Position numbers and translations under genes: made by a program. Under the pieces are notes generated by a model. The model saw nothing but the letters and a program-made list of their open reading frames with translations, was not told where the DNA came from and did not search any database. A stretch of 64,000 nucleotides of DNA from an uncultured Candidatus Saccharibacteria bacterium. GTDB taxonomy: Bacteria > Patescibacteriota > Minisyncoccia > UBA6257 > 2-01-FULL-56-20. Of the stretch, positions 63,310 to 64,000 are shown in pieces (position 1 is the stretch's first letter; the number at the start of each line of letters is the position of its first letter). Where the stretch lies: assembly GCA_964387675.1 (NCBI GenBank), contig CAYLWL010000003.1, positions 6,436 to 70,435 of the forward strand, written 5' to 3'.

Positions 63310-64000
63310 ATGCCCCATCTTCTCAAGCGCCTCGAACTCAACGGATTCAAGTCCTTCGCCGGAAAGACCGTTTTGGAATTCCCGGCCGGGATCACGGCGA
63401 TCGTGGGGCCGAATGGCTCCGGCAAATCGAACGTGGTGGACGCCATCCGATGGCTTCTTGGAGAACGCGACACCAAAAATCTCCGCGGCGCGAAGGTGGA
63501 GGACTTGATTTTCGCGGGCACCATAAAGCGTCCGCGGATGGGACAAGCGCAGGCCAGTTTACATTTTGAAAATAAAAATAAGTTTTTCCCGGTTGATTTT
63601 GCGGAGGTTACGGTCTCAAGGCAGGTCTCCCGCGACGGCGCAAGCCAGTATTTTTTGAACAAATCGGAAATTTTACTCCGCGACCTCGTCGATTTTTTCG
63701 CCAAAGCCCGGCTCGGTTCAAGGGGGCTTATTATTATCGGTCAGGGGAACAGCGATGTTTTTATAGAGTCCTCGCCCCAAGAGCGGCGAGAGATGATGGA
63801 AGAGATTTTGGGTCTCCGCGAGTATCAAATCAAGCGGGCCGACGCGGAACGCCGGCTCAAAAACAGCGTCATCAACTTGGATAAAGTGAAAGCTCTTATC
63901 GAGGAAATCCTGCCGCACTTGCGATCACTGCGCCGCCAGACATCGCGTTGGGAAAAACGCGGGACGATGGAAGAAGAGTTGAGATCTTCGGAAAACGAGT
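63310..64000 (+). CDS. smc: Chromosome segregation protein SMC (N-terminal fragment, continues past window end)
   Basis: LKRLELNGFKSFAGKTVLEFPAGITAIVGPNGSGKSNVVDAIRWLLGE (Walker A and SMC N-terminal signature). No stop codon before position 64000. Confidence 0.85.
   Translation, partial: MPHLLKRLELNGFKSFAGKTVLEFPAGITAIVGPNGSGKSNVVDAIRWLLGERDTKNLRGAKVEDLIFAGTIKRPRMGQAQASLHFENKNKFFPVDFAEVTVSRQVSRDGASQYFLNKSEILLRDLVDFFAKARLGSRGLIIIGQGNSDVFIESSPQERREMMEEILGLREYQIKRADAERRLKNSVINLDKVKALIEEILPHLRSLRRQTSRWEKRGTMEEELRSSENE

Overview
This window looks like a 64 kb stretch of core chromosome from a small-genome, CPR/Patescibacteria-like bacterium (an inference). Supporting observations are the absence of L30 between rpsE and rplO, a SemiSWEET transporter, a type IV pilin, and many four-helix-bundle and GxxExxY genes.

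Gene content, in order:
- A partial surface protein, a GT2 glycosyltransferase, a pilin/cupredoxin-like cluster, and tRNA-Lys.
- A large Cys-rich repeat secreted protein, an M42 peptidase, tRNA-Arg, and an M50 protease.
- The str operon (rpsL-rpsG-fusA), split by a secreted hypothetical before tuf-rpsJ.
- A methyltransferase and an AdoMetDC-like gene wedged between rpsJ and the S10/spc operon (rplC through secY, with no L30).
- adk-map, greA, lysS, an FAD oxidoreductase, an asparaginase, a recO-like gene, a large beta-repeat surface protein, glyQS, murA, mreB, holB, frr, rseP, and a Walker-A-less FtsH-like gene.
- A three-gene surface-fibre cluster: a tail-fibre-like protein with a peptidase-S74 chaperone domain, a Gly-rich protein, and a ~1200 aa fibre preceded by a (GA)10 microsatellite.
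- uvrC, an FAD-linked oxidase, a SemiSWEET, rpmF (found below the 60-aa ORF cutoff), nusB, rnc, a RelE/ParE toxin-antitoxin pair, and the 5' end of smc.

The most unusual feature is a dense set of palindromic repeat elements in at least six sequence families. They occupy nearly every intercistronic spacer of the ribosomal-protein operons, and usually end exactly at the next start codon.

Three of these elements are inverted-repeat-bounded cassettes carrying a small selfish-type gene (two four-helix-bundle / 23S-IVS-family genes and one GxxExxY PD-(D/E)XK gene). Cargo-less 'empty' copies and solo arms occur elsewhere, including in-frame inside fusA and uvrC.

A second family of GC-rich, inverted-repeat-bounded structured elements of about 130-190 bp (four copies) may be a new ncRNA or MITE. 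No CRISPR array, rRNA or obvious prophage was found.
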